Shown here piece by piece: positions 13,032 to 24,649 of a stretch of DNA of 64,000 bases; within the stretch, counting starts at the first letter, position 1; the number at the start of each line of letters is the position of its first letter. The stretch spans positions 22,711,884-22,775,883 of the forward strand of contig OZ316891.1 of assembly GCA_973895155.1 (NCBI GenBank), read 5' to 3'. The notes beneath the pieces are model-generated. The model ran no database searches and was not told the DNA's origin. It worked only from the letters and a program-made list of their open reading frames with translations. The stretch comes from Marsupella aquatica. Its lineage: Eukaryota > Plantae > Marchantiophyta. Both the position numbers and the translations under genes were made by a program.

Positions 13032-13481
13032 CTAGAGCATGTGATCCAAACATGTGTAGACACCAAAGTCACCGGTGGTGGGGTCTGGGAGGGCAGGACA
13101 AGTGACATCACCAGGCACACTGCAGGATGGCGAGTGGTTCCAGATGATACATTGTGCTCTGTGCAAAAATCGGCATCCAAGAGAACGGTCATCCAATTCT
13201 GGGCCAGAAGCCCTACAGGCAGGACAGTCATATTGGCAACTGTGTACACACCCTTGGCACCTAATTTGTGGCGGGTCATGTACAAGAGACACAAATACCA
13301 AGGATGTCGGGAAGGGTACTGAAGCAGGTAGAGGCCGGCTGTAGTTGTTCCTAGAAACAACAGGGTACTCAAAGTACCATGCAGACTGGGCTGGAAGGAT
13401 CCCAAGTCTGACATACTCAAGGCGCAACATCTCTGCCTTGCGTGCAAGTCGCACATGTTCAGCGTTGCGGGTCCTCACCAT
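13032..13481 (-). CDS. Cys/His-rich putative zinc-finger protein (PHD- or DC1-like), E1 cargo
   Basis: 149-aa ORF starting MVRTRN; CxxCxxxCxYxCxxC...CxFLHxxxC...YxCxxH pattern; same strand as other cargo, with a candidate splice acceptor upstream (~13611). Confidence 0.5.
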   Translation of the reverse strand: MVRTRNAEHVRLARKAEMLRLEYVRLGILPAQSAWYFEYPVVSRNNYSRPLPASVPFPTSLVFVSLVHDPPQIRCQGCVHSCQYDCPACRASGPELDDRSLGCRFLHRAQCIIWNHSPSCSVPGDVTCPALPDPTTGDFGVYTCLDHML

Positions 13482-14489
13482 AAGTGTTGCTTTCGTTGTG
13501 ATGTCCTCTGTTCACGTCCTTTGATGAGCAAGGTGAGCAGGAGGTCGACTTGCCTCGCCAACAGCAACCACCTAAACTAATCAGTTCCCACTCATTGTCT
13601 TGGTTCCAACTACAGGTCATAGTATACACATAGCATGAAACGTGCATAGTACATATTTGATTCTGAGTTTATGAGTTTCCTAAGACAAAGAGCTTGGTGA
13701 TAAACCCATATTCTCGATGGACATGTATATCAATCATATTAAACTCCTGTTTTTTCATCCAGAAAGACCGAAAGTCTCACCTTGCAGGTTGCAGCAGAGA
13801 GAAAATTCACTGGTTGTCGTGTTGTGCAAGTGAACCTCCACTGATGCCCCGGTGTAGCCCCTCAGATGCAGGTGACACTTACCAACTCCCAAGTTGCCTG
13901 GTCTAACAGAAAATGCTTATATCTTCAGAACTTTATAGAGCAAGTACATGATCACATACTTCTGGATCTATTCATATTTGGAACTCTTGCCAACTACAAC
14001 TCCCATTATGCACAAGCTCACATCAATAGAGAAAGATACAGAATGCATACTTACTATGGCTCTAAGCACCTTCACTACCTTGTTGAACCCAGTCCTGAAG
14101 TCTTTTCAGCGTGTTTGTTGTGCTGTCTCCTTTGGCACCCAACACCTTAGTCCTTGATGTAACAGAATGCGATTTTACAAGTTAGATGCTTTGGAACCTT
14201 CTATGGTCTTAGCTGAATTGATGTCATCGTAAGTGGTGAAAGACAAGGAAGACGAAAGCTGGTTGAAGAGCTGTGGACAACACACTAGCATGAAGTGCTT
14301 CAACCAATCCACTGCCAAACGGAACTCTTACACAGTCACATTCTTTTAGTAAACAAAAACTCAGTCAAACTTCAGAATCAAAGTACAGACTCTGAAGGAC
14401 CAAAGGAGGATGTTGTGAGTTTCTCTGTTGTTTAATGTGTTACCCTTCTAGTTTCGAAGTTAGCAAATGCTGAATAATGTGTCTACCAG

Positions 14490-14832
14490 ATCTTCAAAAA
14501 GAAGCCCACCACAATTAAGAACTTCGGTATCTGGGTCCACGTATCAGAGTCGTACAGGTTATCACAACATGTACAAGGAATATTGTGATACCACAAGAAA
14601 CGGAGCTGCAGAGCAGATGTATGATGAGATGGCTTCTTGTCATAGAGTTTGGTTCCCTTGCATCCAGATCATGAAGACTACGACAGTCCCTGTCTCTCTG
14701 TGCAAGCGAGAAAGTACCAAGCAGTTCCATGATTCAAAGATCAAGTTCCCCTTGACGTACTGCAAGATTCAACCTCCATTGCGAAAGCTAAAGAAGACTT
14801 ACAAGGCCACCAAGCCCAACACAATTGTTTGA
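14490..14832 (+). pseudogene. RPL18A: Captured 3' exon of 60S ribosomal protein L18a (eL20)
   Basis: After CAG acceptor: [16 protein letters not shown], +1 frameshift, then [60 protein letters not shown]...KLK.TYKA.KPN. Confidence 0.93.
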
Positions 14833-16022
14833 GTAGTGCGGGTGCAGGTTCCCAATTTTGAGACAATTTGGCTCATTTTATGTCCCGAGGGAATCCTGGA
14901 GTTTATGTATTGAGTTTCTAGGTGAAGATGCTTAATATAAGGAAATTCAATTATCACTTCGTTCCCAACTTCTATTAATTGAAAATACACAAGCTGGAAG
15001 CAAGAAGACAAGCCACAATCTAGCATCTTAGCCAAACACAATCGTCCCGACAAAGCAAAACTCAGTTGGACAGAAGTCACTCGGATCCACAAAAAATTGA
15101 AGATTCACCTCCAAGCCGGAGGCTGATCACTTCAGTACAGCAGCTTCTAGACTGAACAAACTCTACTCAGCCCCACAGAAACACAAATGTTAAGGCTCCA
15201 AGTCAGAGCTCACAAACAGAAACTCAGATAAATAACATTCAAAATCTGTCCAGGTTTGTGCAAAGTGTACATATTCATTCTTCTGGAATGAACACGCAAT
15301 GCATACATCACCTAGACACAGTCATTATAAATCATTGGGCGATTGGGGACCACTAAGCAGGTGTGTTCCTATTTCGAGGCTACAGGAAAGGATAGAGTGA
15401 CACCAAACTCAAGAGTACACCAAAAGAAAAACAGCAAGAACCAAAGTCAATCATGTGTGGATAAACTGCACATGGGAAGTTCCCCTGAAGAAGCATCAGT
15501 TGCTAACATTGTCACCCGAACCACACCTAGTTTATGACCTCAATGTCTTCAGCCTCAATACCTAATCCTCAGCCCCCTGGTGCTTCCGTGTTTGTTCTGA
15601 AAATTTCTGTGATGAAATAATTATTCAATACATTCAATAGGAGTTCAGACAATCTGAAGAGGACTTTGGACTTGAATGGGGGACAGCGTGGCCATATAGT
15701 TATCCTTGTGGCCTTCAGCTACGTGTCTCACGCTGAATTTCACTTTCCAGTTTCGAGAGTTGTGAAGGTCTAGTTTTAGTAACTTCCTCCTGACTCGACT
15801 TGGGAGCATTCTCTGTATTATTTTGCTAGCTTGTAGTTAGCTTTGACTCCTTTCAGCTTAGTTGACGACCCTCTTGAGATATTAACAATTAGAACAAACA
15901 CAAGTTGTCAAGACAGATTCCACCGGAGCAAAAAGTCCAAAACCAGGTGAATGAAAACCTAAGGAGAGTCCATAAGAACGAAAGTAGGAAGGCAGGCGCA
16001 CGGGCCACCGAGAAAAGTAAAG

Positions 16023-16183
16023 GATGCATGTCATTAGTGGGGAGGGATCTTAGCAAAAGCAGGGGAAAGCAAGGGAACTTGCGGCTAAAATCAGCTGAAA
16101 GATGCATGTGATTAGTGGGAGGGATCTTAGCAAAAACAGGGGAAAGCAAGGGAACTTGCGGCTAAAATCAGCTGAAAGATGCA
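16023..16183. repeat. ~78-bp tandem duplication
   Basis: GATGCATG..GGGATCTTAGCAAAA.CAGGGGAAAGCAAGGGAACTTGCGGCTAAAATCAGCTGAAA twice. Confidence 0.9.
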
Positions 16184-17487
16184 CAGTTCCTAGAAATGTA
16201 GTGAACCTTAAGGTCGTCTGTTCACCCCCCCACCCCACCGCCGGGCACAAGGCATGTTCTGATACAGGGAGGAGCAAAACAATCATGTCAAGCAAGAAGT
16301 GTGGAGAGACCAATCTGTAAGCAAAAATAGGGGAGAACATACATACATCAGCAGCAACAGGAAACAAGAAAGATGAGTTTGGAAAGCATCTTAGGGTCGG
16401 GGACATCACTGCAACACCGGGACTTAGGATATGACTTGTTCTTAATCTGTTGATAGCATCCGGTAGGCCGGCAACCCATGGCAAAAGGGCAGAGCAGCAA
16501 TAACAGTTTGAATCTGACGGATGAAGCTCCAGGCAAATGAGCTCCAGGCGATTGGGTGCATGATTGAGCAGGCGATTGTAACAGCAGGCACCAGGTAATT
16601 TAAAGGAAGCAACATTCGGCAATGGACCTAGGCAGCTCACAAATTTTGCTTAGCAGCGATGTCACCTAGACCCTAAACACGCAATGCATACATCACCTAG
16701 ACAACTATACTTGCAGTCACGAGGTGAGTCCGCGTCGATAGGGGATTGCAGCCTTACCTGTGCCGATGTAGCACCAAGCCGCCCTAACTGAAGCTGCATA
16801 GCAATCCGCAGCAATCGCTCAATGCAAAACAAGTCCCCGGTTGGCCTTGCAGCCCGATCATCCACCTTCAACCCTGCCACCAAGCAATGAGCTCTCCGCT
16901 GTTGCTCACCCTAAACCTTCAACACTCCCGCAAAGTTGTGTCTGCCCGCAAGATTGGGTGCGTGATTGATTCGGCAATTGTAACAACAGGCAACCGCAAT
17001 CGGTCGCAGGTCATGGATACACAAGCTCCAATGTGCTCCCTTTAGCTGAAACAATACCAGTTGTCGCTCACCACCAACACTTTCAGCAACAACACATATT
17101 TGTTGTAGTCCGCACCTTAAACCTTAGCCATGGGGTGGTCAATCAAGTTCCGCAATGCCTAAAACACCGACCACCTGACTTACATGAAATGTGCACACAG
17201 CTAAGCTCACCTGCAGCTCACGCCAACCACATTGAGACAACTGAAGTGAATACTGCCGTAGCTGAACTCGACTCCTCGCGACTCTTTCGCGCCTTCGTAG
17301 ACTGCCTTACTCAAGTTGTCATTTTTGTATATTGAATCCCTAAACAACCCAATAAGTAGACAATTCATGCACGTAGCTCCTTCAATGGTTGACAGTGAAT
17401 ATATTCAGAGTCAAAAGCAAAGCTTGGACATGTGACTATGCTAGACGTTTACACGGGGGAGGATCTAGTTCACTTATGAGACCGCAT

Positions 17488-17577
17488 CTCAAACAGCTCA
17501 ACTCTCTGTAACCGTAGCTCAAAGAGCTCAACTCTCAGTGACCCCAGCTCAAACAGGTCAACTCTCAGTGCCCGCAC
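17488..17577. repeat. 30-bp tandem repeat, 3 copies
   Basis: CTCAAA.AG.TCAACTCTC.GT... repeated at 30-bp spacing. Confidence 0.8.
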
Positions 17578-18879
17578 TTGAAACTCAATTTGCTGAAACT
17601 CAGAAGGTCAAAGTGACTATTGCATGAGTAAGAACACCCTTTACCTCACTGGTGCCGAAAGCTCTCACAGGGGCTGTCACATTTCTCAGAAGTACTCTGT
17701 CACTAAACAAGAAACATGTGAAACTTGACTCCAGCTCCGGCTCCAAGTAAACAAGCTGGACTGCCGCGACAAGTTCCTGGTTCCTAATCCTAGTTTGCAG
17801 CTGAACGTTGAAGCAACTCTCATAAAGCTTTTTATCCATTGGCAATCACTACCTTATCATTTCAGCCTTATTATCTCATTGTGCAAACCTGGATGTCACG
17901 GGGCATCTTGGGAGGTGAATGCAGCTAAGCAAAAGCTACAACATCTATTGCAAGCCGGTTCATGCAGATGGCAAGTTAAAGTCAAGCTTGAAATACACTT
18001 ACAGCCGGCCGAATGTCAATAGCGCTCACTGTAAAAGGTTGAGATGTTGTCAATGACGGTAGCGCATTTTCTTATCCCTTCCACCTCACCAGTTGTAGCC
18101 CACACTCATGTTTAGAAAAATTTGCGTTGGTGAAACTTGGCCGGAACCTGAGTCAAAAATAGCTTCACAGCACAAAGAAGTCAACCAAACTTGCAGCCGC
18201 GAGGTCACATAGCAAAGATAGGGGATTGCAGCCTTACATGGGCTGATGCAGCACCAAGCCGCTCAAACTGAAGCTGCGTAGTAATCCGTAGCAGTATGTG
18301 AAGCTGAGCAACAATCCCCCGCTATTGCAATGTGATGGCAACTCAATCTTCAACTCACTTCCAACCCAGCTCCACTTGAAAGCCTCCTAGTCGGACTGCA
18401 ATGTACATCCAAAGGCGATCAATGCAATGTCTCCAGGCCTGGAGTCCCACTTTGCAAGAACAGTCCAAATGCACACCAAACCGCAATGAGAAGCTCCTGG
18501 TTCTCGATCCCAGGTTGCAGCTGAACGTCAAATTGACTCTCCCAGCTTGAAGGAACAAGTGCCTCCTACAGTGCCTTGCGCAGTGGCAAACGCCTCCTGC
18601 AGTGCCTCCCACAGTGCCTATGATCAATGCTAAACACATACAATGGCTGAATGTTGCCTACGACTCACATTCTGTTTTGTCTATGCAACACCCTAAACTC
18701 GCTCTTCTTGCCTCCTACTACTCCCATTGCAGTCGGGATTGCAATTTGTCAATGCAGCTTCAGCCTTAGTGATCGACAAACTGCCCCCTTTTTTCCCTCG
18801 CAAAGAATGCGCGATCAGCTCCTCGTCCGCAAATCCAAAGGAATCCAAGGCGCAATGGGAGTTGGCGTGAAGGAATCCA

Positions 18880-18965
18880 TTAAACCCTAAACCTGGTTTA
18901 ATGTGCCCATATTTGTTTTCAACCGTCAGATCATCCTTTGATTAAGTTTACGACCGTCAGATCCT
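18880..18965 (-). promoter_or_regulatory. Putative E1 promoter region (telobox plus two ACCGTCAGATC motifs)
   Basis: AAACCCTAAAC at ~18882 and ACCGTCAGATC at ~18922 and ~18953, beside a CpG-retaining patch about 0.9 kb inside the right end. Confidence 0.35.
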
Positions 18966-21390
18966 TGCTTGATTAATTAAGGTAAGGACTGTCACAAGTT
19001 CTTATGCTCATTCCATGAGCATAGTGTGTGGGGTGCCATTATCAGATATGTCTAATTATAACATGTAGACATGCCAAGTACATGGAGGTTCCAGCTGCAT
19101 TCCCAGTTCTTGGTGATTTTGAACCTTTAATTAAAGGAATCTAGATGGAACAATGTGTGGAGGGGGTACATGACGGTATGTATGCATGGCATGGCGTGCA
19201 ATAAGTAAAAATAACCTGCCCTTGCATATGTGAGAGTTAGAGATAACCAAGGAGATAACTTCAAATGTACCCATTTAGACACAAAAATGAGTCCAATTAA
19301 TATTACATGCATGCCATTGTGGGACCCTAGCTAGTTGGGATTATTTTGTTATGTTGTAACACTTGTAAACTTGTGGCATACATATGTTGTAATTCAGTCT
19401 ACTCTAATGTAGAGTATATATTTGAGATCTGTTAGCATTGACATTGACCAAGGACCTTTACTTACCTTGTAGAGTTGCGTACTCACACAATATCCCGAGG
19501 GCATCTCCTTTAGTCCCATTGACAACTAAGAAAATTAGGATATATCCTAAATGGTATGTGTTGGGCGGGGTCAAATGTGGTTAGATTGTGGTGTTAAACC
19601 CTAAGGCTCTCTTACATATATAACGCTCTATTGTAGAGGGAGTCACTTATACAACTTCATTCTTGTTGGCTGAACTTAGTTATAGTTGCAACTTCCCCAA
19701 TAGTTATAGAAATGACTTCCCAAGAATTCTCCAAAACTCAGTCCACAACTTGTAACTATAATGACACCCAAAACCTAGGAGTCACAAATTTTGCAAGGTC
19801 TCATTAGAGTCACTTAAGGCAGGGTCTCAGAATGGGCCGGTTTCTTCTAGTGCTTACATGCTTGAGGTGTAACTTGATTTGTAGCTCCCTAACCAAAAAG
19901 AAGTTCTTGTCATTTTGCAACCTGGCTATTGAGGGCTATGCTTCCAGGTTTTTGGGCCCACACTTCCTTTCTGTTATACATTTACACTTAGGTTACGACT
20001 GCAGCCATAGTCGAGCTAACTTTAGTTGCAAACTTAATAAGGTTAGCTGTGTTGCATACTACATACCCAAGTAGTTGTCACACCATTCTAGGTAGTGCTA
20101 GAGTGTATCGTACTATCTAGATCTGTATGTTTGGTATGTGTGCTATATGAGCCAATAAGGTTCCGTTAGGTTTGTGTGAGAGGGTAGTTCTCTCTTGTGA
20201 GGCATTCAAAGGTTATCTTTCAATGTTGAGCCTTGGAGAGAGAGGAGCTTGAGTGTGGCTACGGTGGTTGTGAGCTCCGCTTGTGTAACGTGGATTCCTT
20301 GAGTAGTGCAAGGTGCGTTGGCTTGACATACGTGTATGATCGGATCGGTGCGGTATCGATGGGGTATTGTTGACCGGGATCGTTATGCCGATTGTATTAA
20401 GATTACATTGAAAGATCAGATGCGAACTCTGTTGTGCGGACTGTGCAAATAGAAGTTTGTTTCGTGGCAATTGAGTTGGCGACGGCTCGTGGAAATTGTT
20501 TGAAGCTGTTGCGTGCATGGATCGTATTGAATAGATCATTAGTATTCAATAACTAGCGGGTCAGCAAGCCCCGATACATGAGGAGAACTTGCAAGTGTTA
20601 CAATTTTGAGTGCCAGATTTGGTGCATAATGACAAGTGAGAGGTCACCCATCCCAAAGCTATTCCTCCCCCACACACTTAACTATGTGGTTCTTAAGTGC
20701 TCTTGTGTGCACACACTCCTTTCCACTTTGATGTTAATAGAATGAGCACTTAGGCATTTTATACACATTTTGGTTTGTTTAGATTGCCATTTTGGGCCAA
20801 ATTATAAGCTCTTTCAGGGTTTTTGAGGTTTTTGAATCCACCTAAATGCATGGATTGAACCAATTGTGCATGGATCCTTAGCTACGACATTGAACATTGA
20901 GAGGCCTATTATGAAGGCCCCACATTGAACATTATGAACATTGTTTGATTGATGTATGATCACTATTGATGTGGAGAGTTCTTGTGGATCTCTTCTTGTT
21001 GATTGCATCCTCTCCACATATGCTTCTTGTTTATGCGCCATGTTAGTTTGGCATGGGCGCTTGATTCTATAGGAGTGATCCGGGTTTGCAACCGGACATT
21101 CTAGTTGTGCTACGTATTTCTCTCCTGGTGATGTTAGAGTGATGCCCAACACACCATGGTGAGTGTTTGTGTTGCTGACAGGGACAGATTGCCCTTAGGG
21201 TTAGCATATAGATTAGATTAGGTTGGTCACCACGGATTCTTCTGATGTTGCTGGGTTACCCGATGGACGACGGACTGGTTTCACTCAGAGTGGGGCGCAT
21301 TTTTGGCCAGCGGCATTGGTGGCAGTCAGCAATGCAGCTTCAGACAGTGATTCCGACAAGGACTCAATTACCAGTTCTCCTCGTCATCAG

Positions 21391-22470
21391 ATGATTGCAC
21401 CTTTGTTGTGGGATGTGGAAGAGATGTACGGGGCTACAAAGGGCCCACGACGATACTCTGGTGCAGTTGGCATGATTGATCTGGATGACTTCATCCAGGA
21501 GTTTGATACGTGATGCGATATGCAAACATTGCGTAACGCCACGTTGTTTACCCCTTTCATGGCATGGAAGGGATTATTTTAGCATTTGGAGGGGCCACCC
21601 ATGGATGACTACCATGAGTTTTGGAAGGCTCATTTGGTTGAGATTGAGGCATGGAGGCAGCATTGGTTGCCTAATTACGTGTCCATCACCTATGGCACTA
21701 GTGCGGCTGCCCAACCCATTGCCATAGTTGCTGCTTCTTCTAGCAGCACTAGCCAGAGTGGCATACCATCTACCAGTAGCACTCCAGCAGCATCCACCAC
21801 TACTCCTGCCGGTGTGATTGTGATAGGGACTGGAGTTGCGCCAGCATTTAATCCCGTGGTGGAATTCTTTGAGGTACTGAAGCAGAACTATCAGGGTGTG
21901 AGAATTGATAAGTTGAAGGGTCTCCCGGAGTTTCAGCGCAAGGCTGGAGAGAGTCTACGGGAGGCATACACTTGTATGCGCAGATTGATCACTATCACCA
22001 AGGGAGTGACAAAGGCTCAGGCAGTCCAGTTTTGGTATGCAATTCTAGATAGAGAATTGCAATGCAGAGTGAGAGATGTCACTCTACTTAGGGATGCAAA
22101 TCCCACATTAGCAGTAGTTTTTACACTTTTGGAGCACATTGAGCTCAATATGGTGAACAAGAAGGTGGTGACTTCCGGATTTGCCAAGGAAGCACCAAAG
22201 GCTTCATCTACATCCACACCACAGCCTATTGCACAGAAGAGCCAAAGGGAGAAGCCTACTGCATGAGAGTCTACCAGCCAGAGACCTGTGCCCTCTTATG
22301 TTGGACAGCAGTCAGGATGTTGGACCTGTGGTGGGGATCATGCACAGAGATATTGCCCAGATCATAGAGGATCAGGGGGAGCATCAGCGCCTGATCACCG
22401 TTAGTGTGATACTTTGGAGCTCCTGGACACACCAAGGATAGGTGTTTCTCACTCCATCCTGAGTTACGGA
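21391..22470 (+). pseudogene. gag: Degenerate retroelement gag with CCHC zinc knuckles
   Basis: DLDDFIQEFD, FQRKAGESLREAY.RMRRL-like major homology region, zinc knuckle CWTCGGDHAQRYCP (~22318) and a frameshifted second knuckle (..GHTKDRCF.LHPEL); several in-frame stops. Confidence 0.75.
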
Positions 22471-23229
22471 GAGGAGGATCCCATACACATGATCAGGGAA
22501 GAGGAGGAGGAGGTAGAGGTGGTGGATGTGGTCGTGGCATGCCACATGCAGGGAGACAAGGAGGTGACGTTGCCCCTGCTGTAACCATAGATCCAAAGGA
22601 TGCTAAGATTGCTCAATTGGAGCAATAGCTAGCTGCCATGGCTAGTTCCCACGTGAGACCTACTTTTGGTGATGGGGCATCTACATCCTATGGACCTTCC
22701 ACATCCCATGGTCCTTCCACATCTTATGGAGTTGATGGAGACCTTGCCACCATGGGATTCATGTGTGGCACTGCAAATATTGATGCATCAACAGCTTTGA
22801 CATGTGGGGCAGCCAAAGCTCTTGAGCCCCAAGGAGCAATAGTGAAGCTAGATCCACAGAGGGGGGATGCACGTTGGTAGACAAAGCTTCCTCAGTCTTT
22901 TACAATGTCAGAGACAGTTCAGACTGCCTCTATGAACCCGGTTCGGATAAACCCTGGCATGGGTAAGTTGGCAGAATCAGGTAGTGATGCAGCAGGGATG
23001 ACAGGTACCCTGCAGTTGGGGGCGGCTACTGCCATAGTACGCACCCCATTATTTTCAGTGATAGACATGCTAAACTTGGGAGTTGGTCTTGCATAAGTGT
23101 TCAGATTGGTAGCTACACTCTGTGAGGACACTCCAGTGGTTGCTTCCCATGCAGAAGCAGCTTGTAGTGTTGAAGCAGGGAAGACCATGCCACCTACTAC
23201 TACTAGTGAGACATGGCATGTAGCAGCAG

Positions 23230-23600
23230 CGAGGTTGGTGGATTTACCAGCACGCCCTACATTTGAGAGGACTAGGTTTAAACCTAGTGTTGTGTCATTG
23301 GATAATCGGAGTGGTATGTTCTGATTAGTTGGGCCTTTTGGAACAGTATACCAGCTAGAGAGAGTGTTACTGGATACTGGTGCTCAGCCCTTGATGTTGG
23401 AGAAGTCTACCATACGTGGATTAGGATTGCGTCCAAAGGATTTGGAGGATTGTGCCTTTCCCATTCAGACTTCATTGGGGGGACCTACACCTACGCAGCA
23501 TATCACCAGGAGACCACTTGATTTGAGGATTCAGGAAGGTCATGCCACAGATAGCTCACAAATATAGGTGCGAGCCATTTTGATTAAGGCAAAGTCATAT
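23230..23600 (+). pseudogene. Retroelement aspartyl protease, N-terminal part (interrupted by E2)
   Basis: VLLDTGAQ active-site motif; frame ...IKAKSY resumes after E2 as DVLVG at 61353. Confidence 0.85.
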
Positions 23601-24649
23601 CACTAGTAGAAAACAATATATTTTATGACGGAAACAATGACTATTAATCAGGTCTTTTTAACAAAACAATGATGCAATCATTCTCGTCTTTCCAGATGCG
23701 TCACAACGGACATTTTGGTCACGGTCATTTTGGACAAATGACACTAAAAACATGTGGTCATTTCATACTATCCTAAATGACGGTTTTTATGATATGGTCA
23801 TAAATGTTGAACGGTCCTAAATGATGACACAAATCACCATCGACGGTCAATTGCCGTTGACCGTCAACGGTCCCCATACCCAATCACACAACGACATGTG
23901 GCAGTCAAAAAACAAATAACATTGGTCATTTTGGACTTGTCCAAAATGATGTACATTATATAACAAATCAAATAGTGACACATGGTTCAAAGAGGATTCA
24001 CCATCAAATGGCAATATATTTGGGTCATTTTGGACGTGTCCAAAATGACTACGATATAAACAAGTCATATTAAGACACGTGGTTCAATTAGGAGGAGACA
24101 TAAAGATACACATTAGTCATTAATGACATGTCTTGAATGACATAAAGTGAGTCATAGTGGACTTGTTTATAATGACCATGAGAGCGGTCATTCTTTGAAT
24201 CATTTAGTCTATGTCTTTAATGACCAGAGTTGAGTCATATTGGTCACAAAGATAGTTGTGGATAATGACCATTACATCAGTCATTCTAGCCAGTCATTTA
24301 GGTGAAGTATTCAATGATTTGGAGAAATTCAAATTTAAGTGATCATGATAAATAAAACTTCATGTCATTCAAAAATCATACATTACAAAGCCATTCAATA
24401 GATTTGCTGAATGAAAACTTAAAGAAACATTCCATATATATCACAAATCCAATTGACATTCATACAAGATACCTTCATAAGTCTCACAGTAACTATTGAA
24501 CTCAATGCAAATTTATGAAACAAAATTACATTGACATCAATAATATTAGAGTGTCAATTGTTACAACCTGACATACCAATCACTCTGCATGTTTTAGAAA
24601 AATAGAGTTGATTCTATCATGTCTAGTGTTTCTTGACAGAGTGCTATTT

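Larger units (their letters stand above)
1233..19852 (-). mobile_element. CACTA/EnSpm DNA transposon E1 (18.6 kb, apparently intact)
   Basis: Left end CACTAGAAGAATCCGaggtgaaCTGAGACC; right end (reverse complement) CACTAGAAGAAACCGgcccattCTGAGACC. TSD CTT at 1230-1232 and 19853-19855. Encloses Tnp2-type and TnpA-type genes on the minus strand. Confidence 0.95.

Noticed and set aside
15889-18890. Many short ORFs in the E1 right arm
   Set aside because: No recognisable domains; they overlap repeats and are probably non-coding.
20076-21180. Candidate 5' LTR (TGTCA...TGACA) of the DNMT retroelement
   Set aside because: No second LTR in the window and no recognisable PBS after it, so the boundaries cannot be supported.
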